From NCBI GenBank assembly GCA_030704615.1, contig CM060732.1:54436001-54500000 (forward strand): a stretch of DNA of 64,000 nt, in the 5' to 3' direction. The notes under the pieces were generated by a model, which was not told where the DNA came from, ran no database searches, and worked only from the letters and a program-made list of their open reading frames with translations. A program made the translations under genes and the position numbers. Shown here piece after piece: positions 14,220-28,294 of this stretch. Source of the stretch: Takakia lepidozioides. Its lineage: Eukaryota > Plantae > Bryophyta. Each line of letters starts with the position of its first letter. Within the stretch, counting starts at the first letter, position 1.

Positions 14220-15570
14220 ATGCTTTTGTGGTTGTATGCTAGCTGAGATAGGGATACTGCACATTACTGGCAAATATGTTTCAAGTGCTTGATGGAATCG
14301 GTTGGTGTCTACATCTTGGGCTCACACATCAACATTTTTTCCATAGAGAGTAGAATTAACTTAGAAATTGCTGCAGCTTCTGGCCATAAACTACATGTCT
14401 GTTGGACACGTAGCAATAAATGAGGGGAGAGTACTAATGCAAGAATAGGTTGGGCTTCCCGTGGAACGGACAGAGGGAAGATCTCCAAACACAATTAAAC
14501 TTTGATGACATCAAATAACAATCCCTACTCATACAAGAGCTTGATAGCCCCAGCTTTTTCACCCAGGTAGTTTTTTGTTATAAGGGGTGGACACGGATAT
14601 GCTAATGGTGTCAGGCTCTGCCTTGTGGACTGGCTGCAGGAGTACATGCATTGTTTGGAGACGAGCATGACGAACTTGGTAGCCCAAAGCCCAAAGCCCA
14701 AAGCCCAAAGCCTGCTACATAGATTGCCAAACTTTTGGAGATATTTTCAAGCTAAGACTTTCAATGTGTTTTTTTTCTCTCCGATTCAACCACTGGCAAT
14801 CAAACTTAACAACGGCTGTGTAACAAATATGTCTCCTTAACGGCTGGCTGGGACCTCTTCAGGAAGCTCGAATAGCCATCGAGGATAGCTCTGATTGCGC
14901 TATAGCAGTAAAATGTACAATAGCTGTTCTATAGTAATGACAGTCACTATACAGTACAGGAACTATAGCTGTTCTTGATTTTTAGACTTGCAGTTGACTT
15001 GTTCAAAATTGGCTGTGGCACAAACGCTCATGTAAGCTTTTTTTTTGTACTGAATTCCACACACCCATTTGATCAGAAGTGAATGTAGAAACATGCATAA
15101 GAAAGAAAGGATCAAAACCTAAGCCTTTGGAGTCATGTTCAACATATCTCAAAATTCTGAACTACAAGAAAACTGCTTGCTAAAGCCTGACTCACTTGTC
15201 TCCTTCGTGTGACGAGGGCCGGGCCCTAGTGGGACCCGGCCTGGTCGTGGCCGCCATGAGAACTTGGAACGTGGACTGTGAGGCTTCCTTGCATTTTTGG
15301 GGACACTTCCGCAACTGTTTCCGATGTTCTGAGCTGCAGCGGCAGTTGAAGTCCAAGCATCAATATTCTGGTGCATCCGCGTGTGATATAATTCCTTGGC
15401 GAGTTGCAGTTAGATTTAGTTACGGTTCAGTTGTTGCTGTGAGTGCAGTGATCGTGATTTGAGGGAAGAAGCAGGGGTTTCTTGTGTTGAGCAGAATTAG
15501 TTTCAGTTCTCAGTTGTTGTTCTTTTCCGAGGATATCAGAGAAGGAGGATTCCGTCTGTCGTTCAGAATT

Positions 15571-18018
<2,448 letters not shown>

Positions 18019-19901
18019 GATCTTGGGAGTTTAAGATTTGTTCCTCGAGGGGTTGAACTCTAAACAAAATCTTGATCATTCTTCAGAATACTGAATATCC
18101 CCCGTGAAATTCCTTTCCTGCTTGCGAGAGACTAATTTGTAAGCCTGGCCTGAGATGCACAGACCATGAGGTTATTGTTGGTGGAAAGTATTTCACTGTT
18201 TTATAAGTCAGTTGGAGAAGATATTGCAGAGATGTTTTCCTCCTATTACTGTAAATGTACAACACAACTGGAATTTTTCCTACAGTGGCTGCTTGTGGAG
18301 GGCCCCACTCTCTTCTTGTTTCATGCTTTCTCTGGTCTTTGAGATTCCGCAGCTCATTTCTTTCATTTCTTTCTTTCTTTTTGGGCTGCTTGTTGAGGGT
18401 TCTCTTTCTGTTTCCAGCTTTCACTTGTCCCATAAGTTCTTTGAGCCGTCCGTCGATGTTATAAAGTGTCATTTCATTTCCGCTAGTAAGGAATACTAAG
18501 TAAAAAAAGGATACCCATTCACTCGAAATATTTCAGCCAGTATTGTCCTCATGGCTCAGATCCGCAGTGGAAAAATCCAAACATGTGAACCCACCAGCAG
18601 GCTTCCATGTCAGCATGCATGTAAGAAAATAGAGCTGTCTTGAGATACAGGTGAAGGAATAGGCTGCAGAGAACACTCGTAATCTATATATACTTCAAGC
18701 TTTCAAGCTTGCAGTGCATGTAGTGTGAGGGATTCACTCTGGTCATGTGACTTACTTTTATAAAGACAATTTCCAGATCTCCCCTAGACAGCCCTTCACG
18801 CATCAATCTGCTGTGTGTGAGCTGCCCAGCAATTAAGACCCCAACAGTACCAGGGCTGTAGGCTCAGCCTCAAGATTTTCAACGTTGGTGAACAGAGATG
18901 CGAGAACAATACTGTTTGGGCTGAAAGTGAGAGACAGGGAGAGAGAGCACACCTAAGTTCTTTCCTCATCACATCAGTGTTGGGCCGTTGTGCACTGATA
19001 TATACTAGTATGCATAATCTCTGACAGTGTAAAACAACGGTATGTTTGTGTGTGGTTTACTTACATTCCCTAAACATCTCATTGTACTCATTGATGCAGT
19101 TTTGTTGAGTAGTTTTGAGTTTTAAAGCTAATACCAGATCCAGACTACTAAAGGAAGGACCAGAGAGGGGAGCGCAAAACGAGTCCATCAGGAAGCATAC
19201 TACGATTTTTTATGGTTGTTGGATTATCTAATATGTTTTCCCACCGTCCAAATGGATACGCAGATACTAGATACACTTACTCAGCTCACCGACATTTCCC
19301 TGATCCTTCGCAGTGAGATTGGTAAATAGTGGGGAAAACGAACGAGGTTTTCTTGCTGTTACATATACTTGCGTCTCCAGCATACTATGCGACGCCAGAC
19401 ACTGCTCATCATTGCCGATGGGTTGTATGTATTGCGAAAAAGTGTGTAAAGAAAAGGAAGTGAAAGATCAAACTGGGAGGCTGCAGCTGGGGGAGGGAAA
19501 TTGCGTCGAAGCCCATGGCTTTCTTGTGTGATATTTCAAACACTGCTCTGATTCGTGTGTACTACTAAGTCCAGAACGCATAGCTTCTAGAAGATTCAAG
19601 CACAAAGCATCCCTGGTGAGAGTGGGCGAGGAGGAAGCAGTGAATACCACCCCGTGCTACTTACTTAGAGAAGCTACGCAGGCAGAAACATCCATTTTGC
19701 ACTACGTTTATGGTCAGGAGGTGGTTTTTCTGCCATTTTTGCCCCTCTGTTAAATGGCAGAATATTCGAGTAGGTAGCAGAATGCACGACTAGTTGGCTC
19801 GGGTCCTCCATGTTTGGGGCAGTCCCGGCCTCGCCAAAAGGCATAGTAACAGGCTCGCATCGTCCTTAAACTCAATTACGTCAGGTAGTGTTCATGTTTC
19901 C

Positions 19902-19992
19902 ACAGGCTATAGGAGGTAGCCGGTCCCCAGGCTCATCTCGCCGCTACCGAGGCTTCATAGCCCAGGCGGACCGGCTACATCCTGTAGCCTGT
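19902..19992. repeat. 25-bp inverted repeat (2 mismatches), MITE-like hairpin
   Basis: acaggctataggaggtagccggtcc ... ggaccggctacatcctgtagcctgt. Confidence 0.6.
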
Positions 19993-20220
19993 CTCAGCCT
20001 GAATGTTACCTAGTCCATAGTACCTCAACTGGTATGAGCAAATTCCAATATCGTAAAAACCTAGCTACTAGTGTAGTTTTGGTGGGCTTTAAATAGCATA
20101 AAATCCCGCTTGTCCTGTTACTCCGTGGAGCCAATGGGCTGGGCCCGTAATCTTAGATTATGGGCAGATAGGGAAGTAGTTTTCTTTTCACACAGTCTAC
20201 AATGCAGTTTTTACGCGAGT

Positions 20221-20413
20221 TAAAATCCTGTAACTCGGGCTTTACGCGAATCAAGATTCCCATGCGGGGGGTACATTAGAGTCAAAACCAGTCTTGTTTT
20301 GTATTAGGTAAAGTCCTGCAACCAGGGCTTTAAGCGAATAAGATTCCCACGCCCCAAGGTGGTACCAGTCTGTTTTGTATTAGGTGAAGTCCTGCAACCA
20401 GGGCTTTACGCGC
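20221..20413. repeat. Degenerate ~80-90-bp tandem repeat, about 2.5 copies
   Basis: Recurrent gtcctgcaaccagggcttta.gcg and ttttgtattaggt segments. Confidence 0.55.
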
Positions 20414-21830
20414 TCGGGCGGTATCGGTCTCCTCATAAATTTGGGATTGGAGGGTATCAAGAGAGAAAAATTGTGAAAGGATACACGATATGGTGAAGAA
20501 ATGGAACTCTTTGGACCAGTGAAATGTACTTAGAAAAGTTCAAGTGTACCTTGAGATCTTCCCGGTAGCAGGCCTTAAGTAGAGCATAAATCTAAAGAAT
20601 GGGGAAATTATTCGCTATTTAGCCAAAGTATTGAAGCAAAGTGTTGACTTGATCATTGAAGTTGTTTTCCTCCTAATAATCCCAAATAAAATTAGTACTG
20701 ACTTAGAAAAGGGGATTAATTTTCCCCCCAGTGACTCAACAGCCTGAAATATTTCTATGCATCTAAGCGACAAGACCTGTTTTTTGATTTTTGGACAAAA
20801 CCAGGACCCACCCTCACACTGCCTACCCCCATTCATCCACGTGGATGAACCATACGAAGTCATCCCTACCTACCAGATGCACAAGCACCCCAAATTTGGG
20901 GAGATTCCACCTTTCTGTTTGGGAGATTATAACAATTGAAAAAGGTGCATTTTCTGCAAAATGAAAAAAACAAACAAAAACTTCATGTTTGACCAAGCAA
21001 AAACTCAACGTTGCAAACTTTTCCTGGAAGAAAAAGTGCCATATTCTAATGTAGTGCTGCATCCCAAACCCTCACATCAAATTTCACCCCAATCTACCAA
21101 AAATTAGGGGGGGTTTGCTTTGTATGTGAATGCAATGGGGGTCAAAAGATTGAATTTGCAAAGCAAATGGTTCAGGCCCCATTGGGACCCAAAATTTTAC
21201 TCCAATCTGGATTTCCAACGGTCAGACAGTGCTAGGCCAAGAACTACACTACACTGCCCAAGAATTTCCCAAAAACCTGCAAAATTGCATTTCGGATGAA
21301 GGATTTTGTGAATTTTCCGGCCTCTTTTAAGTCAGCCAAATGGTTGCCGAATTTTGTACTGAATCCGGCAACGTTTTCCAGGCCACGTCATGCTTTCCCA
21401 ATAATTCTCAAGGCCACCTCATTCCAACCGTCCCGGTGTTCCTCCCCATTTTTTGCAGGGCTTGTGATCCACTCAACTCCAACTGCCATTCAACTGTTAG
21501 GTTCCTTCTCCTGGGACTCCTCAACTACCAGCAGACAAAGCCCAAGACAGTAGACAAGGGACAAGGACTCGACGCTTACACACTAAACTGAGGGGGAGTC
21601 GAACCCCTTGATCCGCCCTCATATGCAGACAGTCCCTCCCCCCCCCCCCCCCCAACACACACACACACACACACAACACACTGAACAACTGACACCCACA
21701 CACACACCCAGACTCCCACACACTCCCGTGAACCTATCCGCCATGTCCGAAGGCCAACACAACAGCAAACACCTGCAGATGCGATTCCCACCTACACACA
21801 CACACGCACGCACGCACTCACTAATGTTCA

Positions 21831-23510
21831 TCAACACCGGAGATGTGCTTCACGCCAACAACTTCCAAGATAGAGGAATGTATTATCGCATTGGGGACAA
21901 AAGTAATGGGTACGCAGCCCGCACTGAATGCACACACGGCTGAAACAGGTTGTGCAAAGAGAAATGCCAATGGCAATGCGAGGTCGTCAACACTGTGGCA
22001 TGAATCGGGTGCACAGCCAATATGGCAGGAGCCATCAGACCGTCTGTCAATGCCAGCGGAAACTCAAGATGGGTCAGCCCACGCAACCCCATCCGGCGTA
22101 TGTGATACACATGCAAGAGATAAGAATTCACAATCGTGGTGTCCAATAGGAAAAAAAACACTCTATGCCACCATTTGTGAGCCTTCAGCTGCATGCTATA
22201 TGCACCTCGCAACTGGTCCTGGACATCTACACCACGCATGTAAGTTTGGTATTGAACGTGCATCGGAATAGAAGGCACCTGCACCCTGGCATTCCCCACA
22301 AACCTTTTGACCGTCACAAGTGATTCGGGCCAGATGCGGGCCAACACCATGAACACGCATTTCTTATCCCACCACAAACAACAACCTGTGCCGATACGCC
22401 ACCAAGTGCCCTTGCTTAGTCTTGGACTTGGACAAGCAAGTCAAAGAAGGGGGCAATCCTTTTCTATTCAGCTTGACAGTGCCAGTGGCCCATGTCCCAA
22501 ACAAAGCCATATCATACAGCAACTATGGTGATGTGAAGTAATTGTCAGTCACCACCACATGGCTGAGTCTATGCGATGGAGAGACTAGCCGAGTGACCAC
22601 ATCATATCCCTCACCTTTGCTAGACTTCTCCCTCATGCCCTCGGGGTCCCCGTTCTTCCCACAATACACATCGAAAATCATACACATAGCTATTGACTGC
22701 ATCTGCAAGGGCCCACACTTTTATGCCCCACTTGACTGGCTTCTTAGGCATAATATATTGTTGTATAACACAGTACTTCCCCTTGTACCTTATCATGATT
22801 TTGTCATCTGTCAATAATTTGTGCAGGTTCCAATGTCGTTTGCAAGCACTGGCAATTTTTGCACAAGCCCATCTGACTTTGCCAATTTTGTCAATCGCAA
22901 CACTGCTACGATCAGTCTCCAGCGTTGAGTTATCCATCAAATGCAAACAATGCAAAATTGCTTCACAACGATCTCTTGTCATGACCTTTCTAGTCACAGG
23001 GCATGCAAAGAATACTTCACTCTGCTGCCAATAGCAACGGTTGTTCGGCAGCCTCTTTATCCCCATGAACAACACACACCAACCCAGACTTCCAGCTCTG
23101 GCACAACCAATATTGGCCTCCACATTGGCCCACCTCGAGTTCCGCATGCCACTGTTTCCACAGCGTAACGATTCGTCTCCCGACAAATTCGCAGCAGGGT
23201 TGCGGTGGACCAGAACAACTTGAAAAAAAAAAAGCACAACAGGATGTCATGTTGCCTCAGAAGAGGCCCAGCTGGTGTAGGACCAGCGAACTTCTTTCTA
23301 TCACTATAGAACGTTGTTTCTCTGCATTCCCAATTCCCAGGAGCGAACAAAGTGGCAAACGACTCATTTGTCTCCTCCTCCACCTCCCCTGAGGCCCCAT
23401 CATTTTCCCAGTCCTCTTCCTCACATGAATCGCCCTCATATCCCTCCATACGAACCATTGGCACATCCCCATTTTCACAATCCAAGAATTCTAAACTACT
23501 AGCATCCAAA
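21831..23510 (-). pseudogene. piggyBac-family (PGBD-like) transposase, frameshifted
   Basis: IRYKGKY..QYIMPKKPVKWGIKVWALAD, VVVTDNYFTS, YMRGVDVQDQLR..KWWHRVFFFLLD..IVNSYLL, and C-terminal Cys-rich RVCIQCGLRTHYFCPQC..CWREAH in a shifted frame. Confidence 0.88.
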
Positions 23511-24163
23511 TTGGCCCCCGCATGAGAAGGGGGATGCTAGAGTGTGAGCCCAGGAGCGTGAGCACAGGAGCCTGGCGTGAGCCCAGAACACGTGGCATGA
23601 TTTTGGGAAAGATGCGGCATCTATTTCCGTGGAAGAGGACCCATTACCGCAAAAACACGTCTTCATCCATATTAACCCTGCAACACCAAACAGAAACCCC
23701 AACCCTTGTCAGCCTTAGGGACCCACCTCAACCCCGACAGTGAATCTCGCCATCCCGCCCCTGTGCATGATACTGCGCACTGACATCATCCATGGGACCA
23801 TCCATGCATGCAACATCATCCACATTGTACATCCAATCGGGCTTCATCCATCCAAAAACATTCATCCTCCATCCATCCAACCAAATATTGGTGTGATGGC
23901 ATATGTTGAATGACTGTCTACTGGACTATGCACATATTCATCTCTGTTGAAAAACTTTTATTGAATGCACATGGTTGAATTGGAGAGCAATGTTTAGAAG
24001 GAAAACACTTTCAAATTCTCAGGACGCAATGGACATAATGTTTCAATTCAGGGATGTGAATTTCATTGTAGTCCGTGCTCATTACAACCGATGGTGGGAA
24101 AAGAAATGGTGGTGCAACGGAAAACGGAGAGTATGTCCCCTCATGTTCCATAAATGAATGCCC

Positions 24164-24950
24164 TCAAGTACATCCGTAGGTGGTGTCAACACTGCTAATG
24201 CTACCACCTGAATCTGCTGAACTGCTAGAAATACTGCTACCACCTAAAACTGCTGCACTATCATCTATGAAGACCTTTGCGTGGAGGTGCCTGAGCGTCT
24301 TCCTGGAACTCCAACGCAAGGGTGGGGGAGAAAGCACAACTGCTTGCACACGAGCAATGCCTTCCGCGTAGTCGGGAAGGACATAATTAGGAGGTGGGCT
24401 CCAGCACAAGTCCCTCAAGTATATGGAAGACAGGGGCAACGGGATTGCGTTGACATTCCTGCAATCAAAAATGCACCATTTGGGTAGTAATTAGACAACA
24501 GAAGGGGACGTGACAGAGAATATACACAGGGATGAAATATACAGAAAATGAACTTACTCACATGAAAAATCATTGTCCAGGTCCTTGTCGTCTCCGTCGA
24601 GGATATCAATTTGTGCAGTGACATCCTTCACATTGGAGGTAGATAAACCCCCTTGCAACTCGGCGAGTAGGCCAGTGAAAATATCTGCATCTCCTTCCAT
24701 ACCAAACAAGTGCCTGCCACCTGCCTTGCAAGCATGGTAAGAAGCGCCTGCAAGAGACAGAATGATGGAATTAGAGTTTTAGAATTATTGAGTAAAGAAG
24801 GTGCAGAAGAAAAAAAAATCGATGACAAAGGCAAGAAGAGAAACCTGTGCCGAGAGTGAGATCTATGATGCGGGCCCCTGGCCGAGAACAACTCTCAATG
24901 ATCGTTTGGATAAAAGCCGGGCTTTTTTCACGGGCCCCTCTCCGGGGAAT
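24164..24950 (-). pseudogene. Amino-methyltransferase-like gene, copy 2 (3' part only; exons ~24845-24950, 24558-24747, 24164-24458)
   Basis: RGAREKSPAFIQTIIESCSRPGARIIDLTLGT|GASYHACKAGGRHLFGMEGD; same intron positions as copy 1. Confidence 0.75.
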
Positions 24951-25399
24951 GCTTGCGCGTGAGCCTGGCCGTGTGAGCTTGTGAGCCTGGCTAGGCTCAC
25001 GCCACGTCAGCAAGCATCCACGTGTGCAGGCCCTAATTCCGTGCTTTCCCCCCCTATTACCGCAGATCGGTTGTCGCCTATGTCCTTTTTTTTTTAACCC
25101 TCTTCATCGCCCCCACATGAATATTCTTTCCAGCCGAAAACAATGGTAGGTTTGTGGATGGTTTAGGATTGAGGACATGATTGAGATCGCCCGCTAGAGA
25201 TTGAATATTAACAGCAAACCCTTTTTTTGCAAAGTAGTTCATTCATTCCAACCCACAAACATTTTCCAATGCCGGAATCTCAAGACCTACCCCAGGCAAT
25301 CCCTAACTGTACTTACAGGAACGCGCGAAGAACTTGAAAAACAGTTTGGGGATGGAAGCAACACCAAAACACAATTTATTAAGCCTCGGTACATGAACC

Positions 25400-27519
25400 T
25401 CAAGAACTACTAGAGGTTCCAGAGGAACCACTTCCAGAGTCTGCAGCAATATCATCTATGAACACAGCAGCCTATCCGCGACGTTTTTTTTTTCCACGAC
25501 CCCCATGGCGAGGCGAATACATTGTTTGTTGGGACAACACCCGTGCGCATGCTTCCGCCTAAACCGGCAAGCGGTAAGCTCTAGGGGGACTCGGGGTCAT
25601 GTAGTATCCTTGGAAACCGAAAGGTGTCTGCTGATTCGATGACTGGTGCCGAACTCTGGAAAGCAAGAAGATGAATGGTGGTAGATGTTATCATCCAAAA
25701 ATAGACAATGTAAGCAACCATCTGTCGAACGGGAATGACACAAAGAAATGCAACATATTTTGCACGACAAGAAACGAACTTACTCACACTCAAAATTGGA
25801 GTCCACGTCGAGATCCTCGTTAGGCGCTTCGGGCTCCTCCAGAAGTCCCTCCATGGATGGGGCAGAAGTAGTGCCCGACTCAAGCTGATGAAGCTCGCTT
25901 GAGAAGAGCTCCGTATCAGCTTCCATGCCGAAGAAGTGTCTTCCAGCGCTTTTGCACGCATGAAAAGATGCTCCTGCAAATCGAAGACGAACGAGAAATT
26001 AAAACAGGGCTTCCCTAAGCCCACTGCCCATATTTAAATACAGTGTTCAGGGACCCACCTGTGCCAATAGACAAGTCAACCACTCGTCCACCATGACGGT
26101 TGCATGTCTCCACCAAAGTCTACATGAAAGCTGGGGATTTCTCCCGGGCACCTCTCCAAGGGACACCAGTCGACCTTTTCGTAGTTTGACCCGAGTCCAT
26201 GTAATTGAAGATTACATCGTCCTCCACAGGCTCGCAAGTGGGGTCAATGTGAGCTGCAAGGTCCCTCAACTGGAACTCAGCAATACCAGGAGGAAGAGTG
26301 TCATTCTGCACCCTCACCAGGCACAAAGCTTCGAACACCCGAGTCTATCAATAATCACGAAGAGAGCATGAGGAAAAAGACATAACCTACTTTTGACACT
26401 TACTGAAGAACCACGAAACTTTAATTCAAAGGAATCAACTCACTTTCTGCCCCGGGAACTCACCCTTCGCAAGAGGCAGAGTGTTGATGCATGTCCAAGT
26501 TTTGATGACATGAAACCCGGAAGCTTTCATGTAGCTGAAAAGAGTTCTCCGTGCCGACATGTCCTTTGACTGCATGAGAAGAAGAGCCCCCGAGTCAAAA
26601 AGAAATTTGTTGCTGAATGAGAAAGCCCACTGCCAGTAACGAGAATCCGATTTGTTCCAAGTGAGGGTTGCATTGGAAGGCAACACATCAGGGACAGGCA
26701 AACCGTCAGGAATGTCCAGCACCACAAGGTCAGTCGCGTATGCCTGCTGAACTCCATTCACCCAATCTGGCCTTTTTGTGACCTGCAACAAAAAACAAGA
26801 CACGGTGTCACTAGCCTAATCCAAATCCAACATGAAATCAATAACGATGACAAGCCAGAACGAGTTGCCAAAACAAAATCATTCATACCACAGTTAAGAC
26901 ATATGTGCTTACCTGAGTAAGGAACAAAACAAGCATGTCCCATGATTTCGACGGTACCCCTTTGAATGTGGACTTCCTGGATTCCATCATTGCCAGAAAA
27001 CTTTCATTCACCACCTTACGATGGAACTGGCCCAAAACCCTGGATGGATGTTCTCTCGCCTCGAAAGGTTGCTCCCTCGTCTTTGATGTTCTCCTATCCC
27101 TCCTAGTTGGAGAAGGAAGTCTTTCAGCGACCTCTGACGGGCCCTGTTCCTGCGGAGCTGAACTCTTCCCCTTCCCCTTCGGATCCCCGGCAATCTTCCC
27201 CTTCCATTTTGGAGTAGCAGATTACTCAGGCTCTTTTGCAGCCAGTGCTTGAATTATTTTGTCCTGAATGTCTTTGTCAGCAAGCGGGGCAAGTGCCACG
27301 GCGTTGTCGTTAAGGTTTCTCAAAACCACTTCATCGAATGGTGTGTCTTGTTTTGGCAGATCGAGGTACCACCCACAGTCTCTGAAGTGCGCCCTGCTCC
27401 AGTCTCTGGCAATACCAGCCGTGTACATTGTCTTGTCGTTGGAGGGATCAACCCATGAGTAGATGAAATCTGGGTCATCGCTAAGGTATTTTCCCGGTAT
27501 GAGGACATGATACATGTAC
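25400..27519 (-). pseudogene. Beta-class N6-adenine/N4-cytosine DNA methyltransferase-like gene, copy 1 (exons 26913-27519, 26444-26782, 26059-26344, 25784-25973, 25400-25655); 5'-truncated, 4 in-frame stops
   Basis: Motif order IV (DLVVLDIPDG)..V/VI (FLFDSGALLLM)..X (EKSPAF)..I (VVDLSIGTGAS)..II (GRHFFGMEAD); GT-AG introns in phase. Confidence 0.75.
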
Positions 27520-27640
27520 CTGAATCACACACACCCAAAACCCAGAAAGTCATTCGATCTGAACAGGACACAGATCACACATCATGAAAAGGGTATTGGA
27601 ATGCAAGTCAGTAACACAGAGAAACTAACTTTTGCCAGCC

Positions 27641-28294
27641 CGAATCAACCTTGCGTTGACGCAATGTTGATTCGAGCTGAAATGGAAAACACCAAATGTG
27701 GAGAACTGTACTTTCAACGAGCACTTACGAGAGGGAAAGCCCATTATCCTAAACCATCGCATGCACAACATGGAATCCCCAATCAACCTTGCGTTGACGC
27801 AAAGTAGATTGGCGGATACACATATGATAATGTTGCATTGAAAGAGACAGTGATTGACAAGCGGAATTCAACATTGCGTCAATGCAAGGTTGATTCGGTT
27901 AACAGAGGAAATGGAAAACAATGCTAGAAAACAACCATCCGAAGATTTGCTGATATGGATATTCAACCTTGCGTTGACGCAAGGTTGAATTCCTCTGCTG
28001 TAAACACTTGTCCATGGTATTTGATAACTTTAACTTTCCTACAATTGTATGGAAATCGGGGTATTTATGCGGGACATTTCTAGCAATCCATACCATCAAA
28101 CAACGTTGCGTCAACGCAAGGTTGTTTGTTGGTACAGTGTAAGCTGTAAACAGCATTTCAAACAAACTCCAAACAAACTTTATGTTCATCCTGGCAACAG
28201 TGGAACTGAAAACGACAGCAAACAACATCCCAGGAATACAGGAAAACCTACATAGCCTGGCCCTTCATCAACCTTGCGTTGACGCAAGGTTGAT
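27641..28294. repeat. Array of six 28-44-bp palindromes, core CAACCTTGCGT-(TG/CA)-ACGCAAGGTTG, with unique spacers
   Basis: Copies at 27641-27674, 27779-27812, 27864-27896, 27961-27990, 28091-28134, 28267-28294. Confidence 0.9.

Noticed and set aside
27641-28294. CRISPR array
   Set aside because: Eukaryotic intron-bearing context, no cas genes, spacers vary from ~50 to 130 bp, and repeat orientation is mixed.
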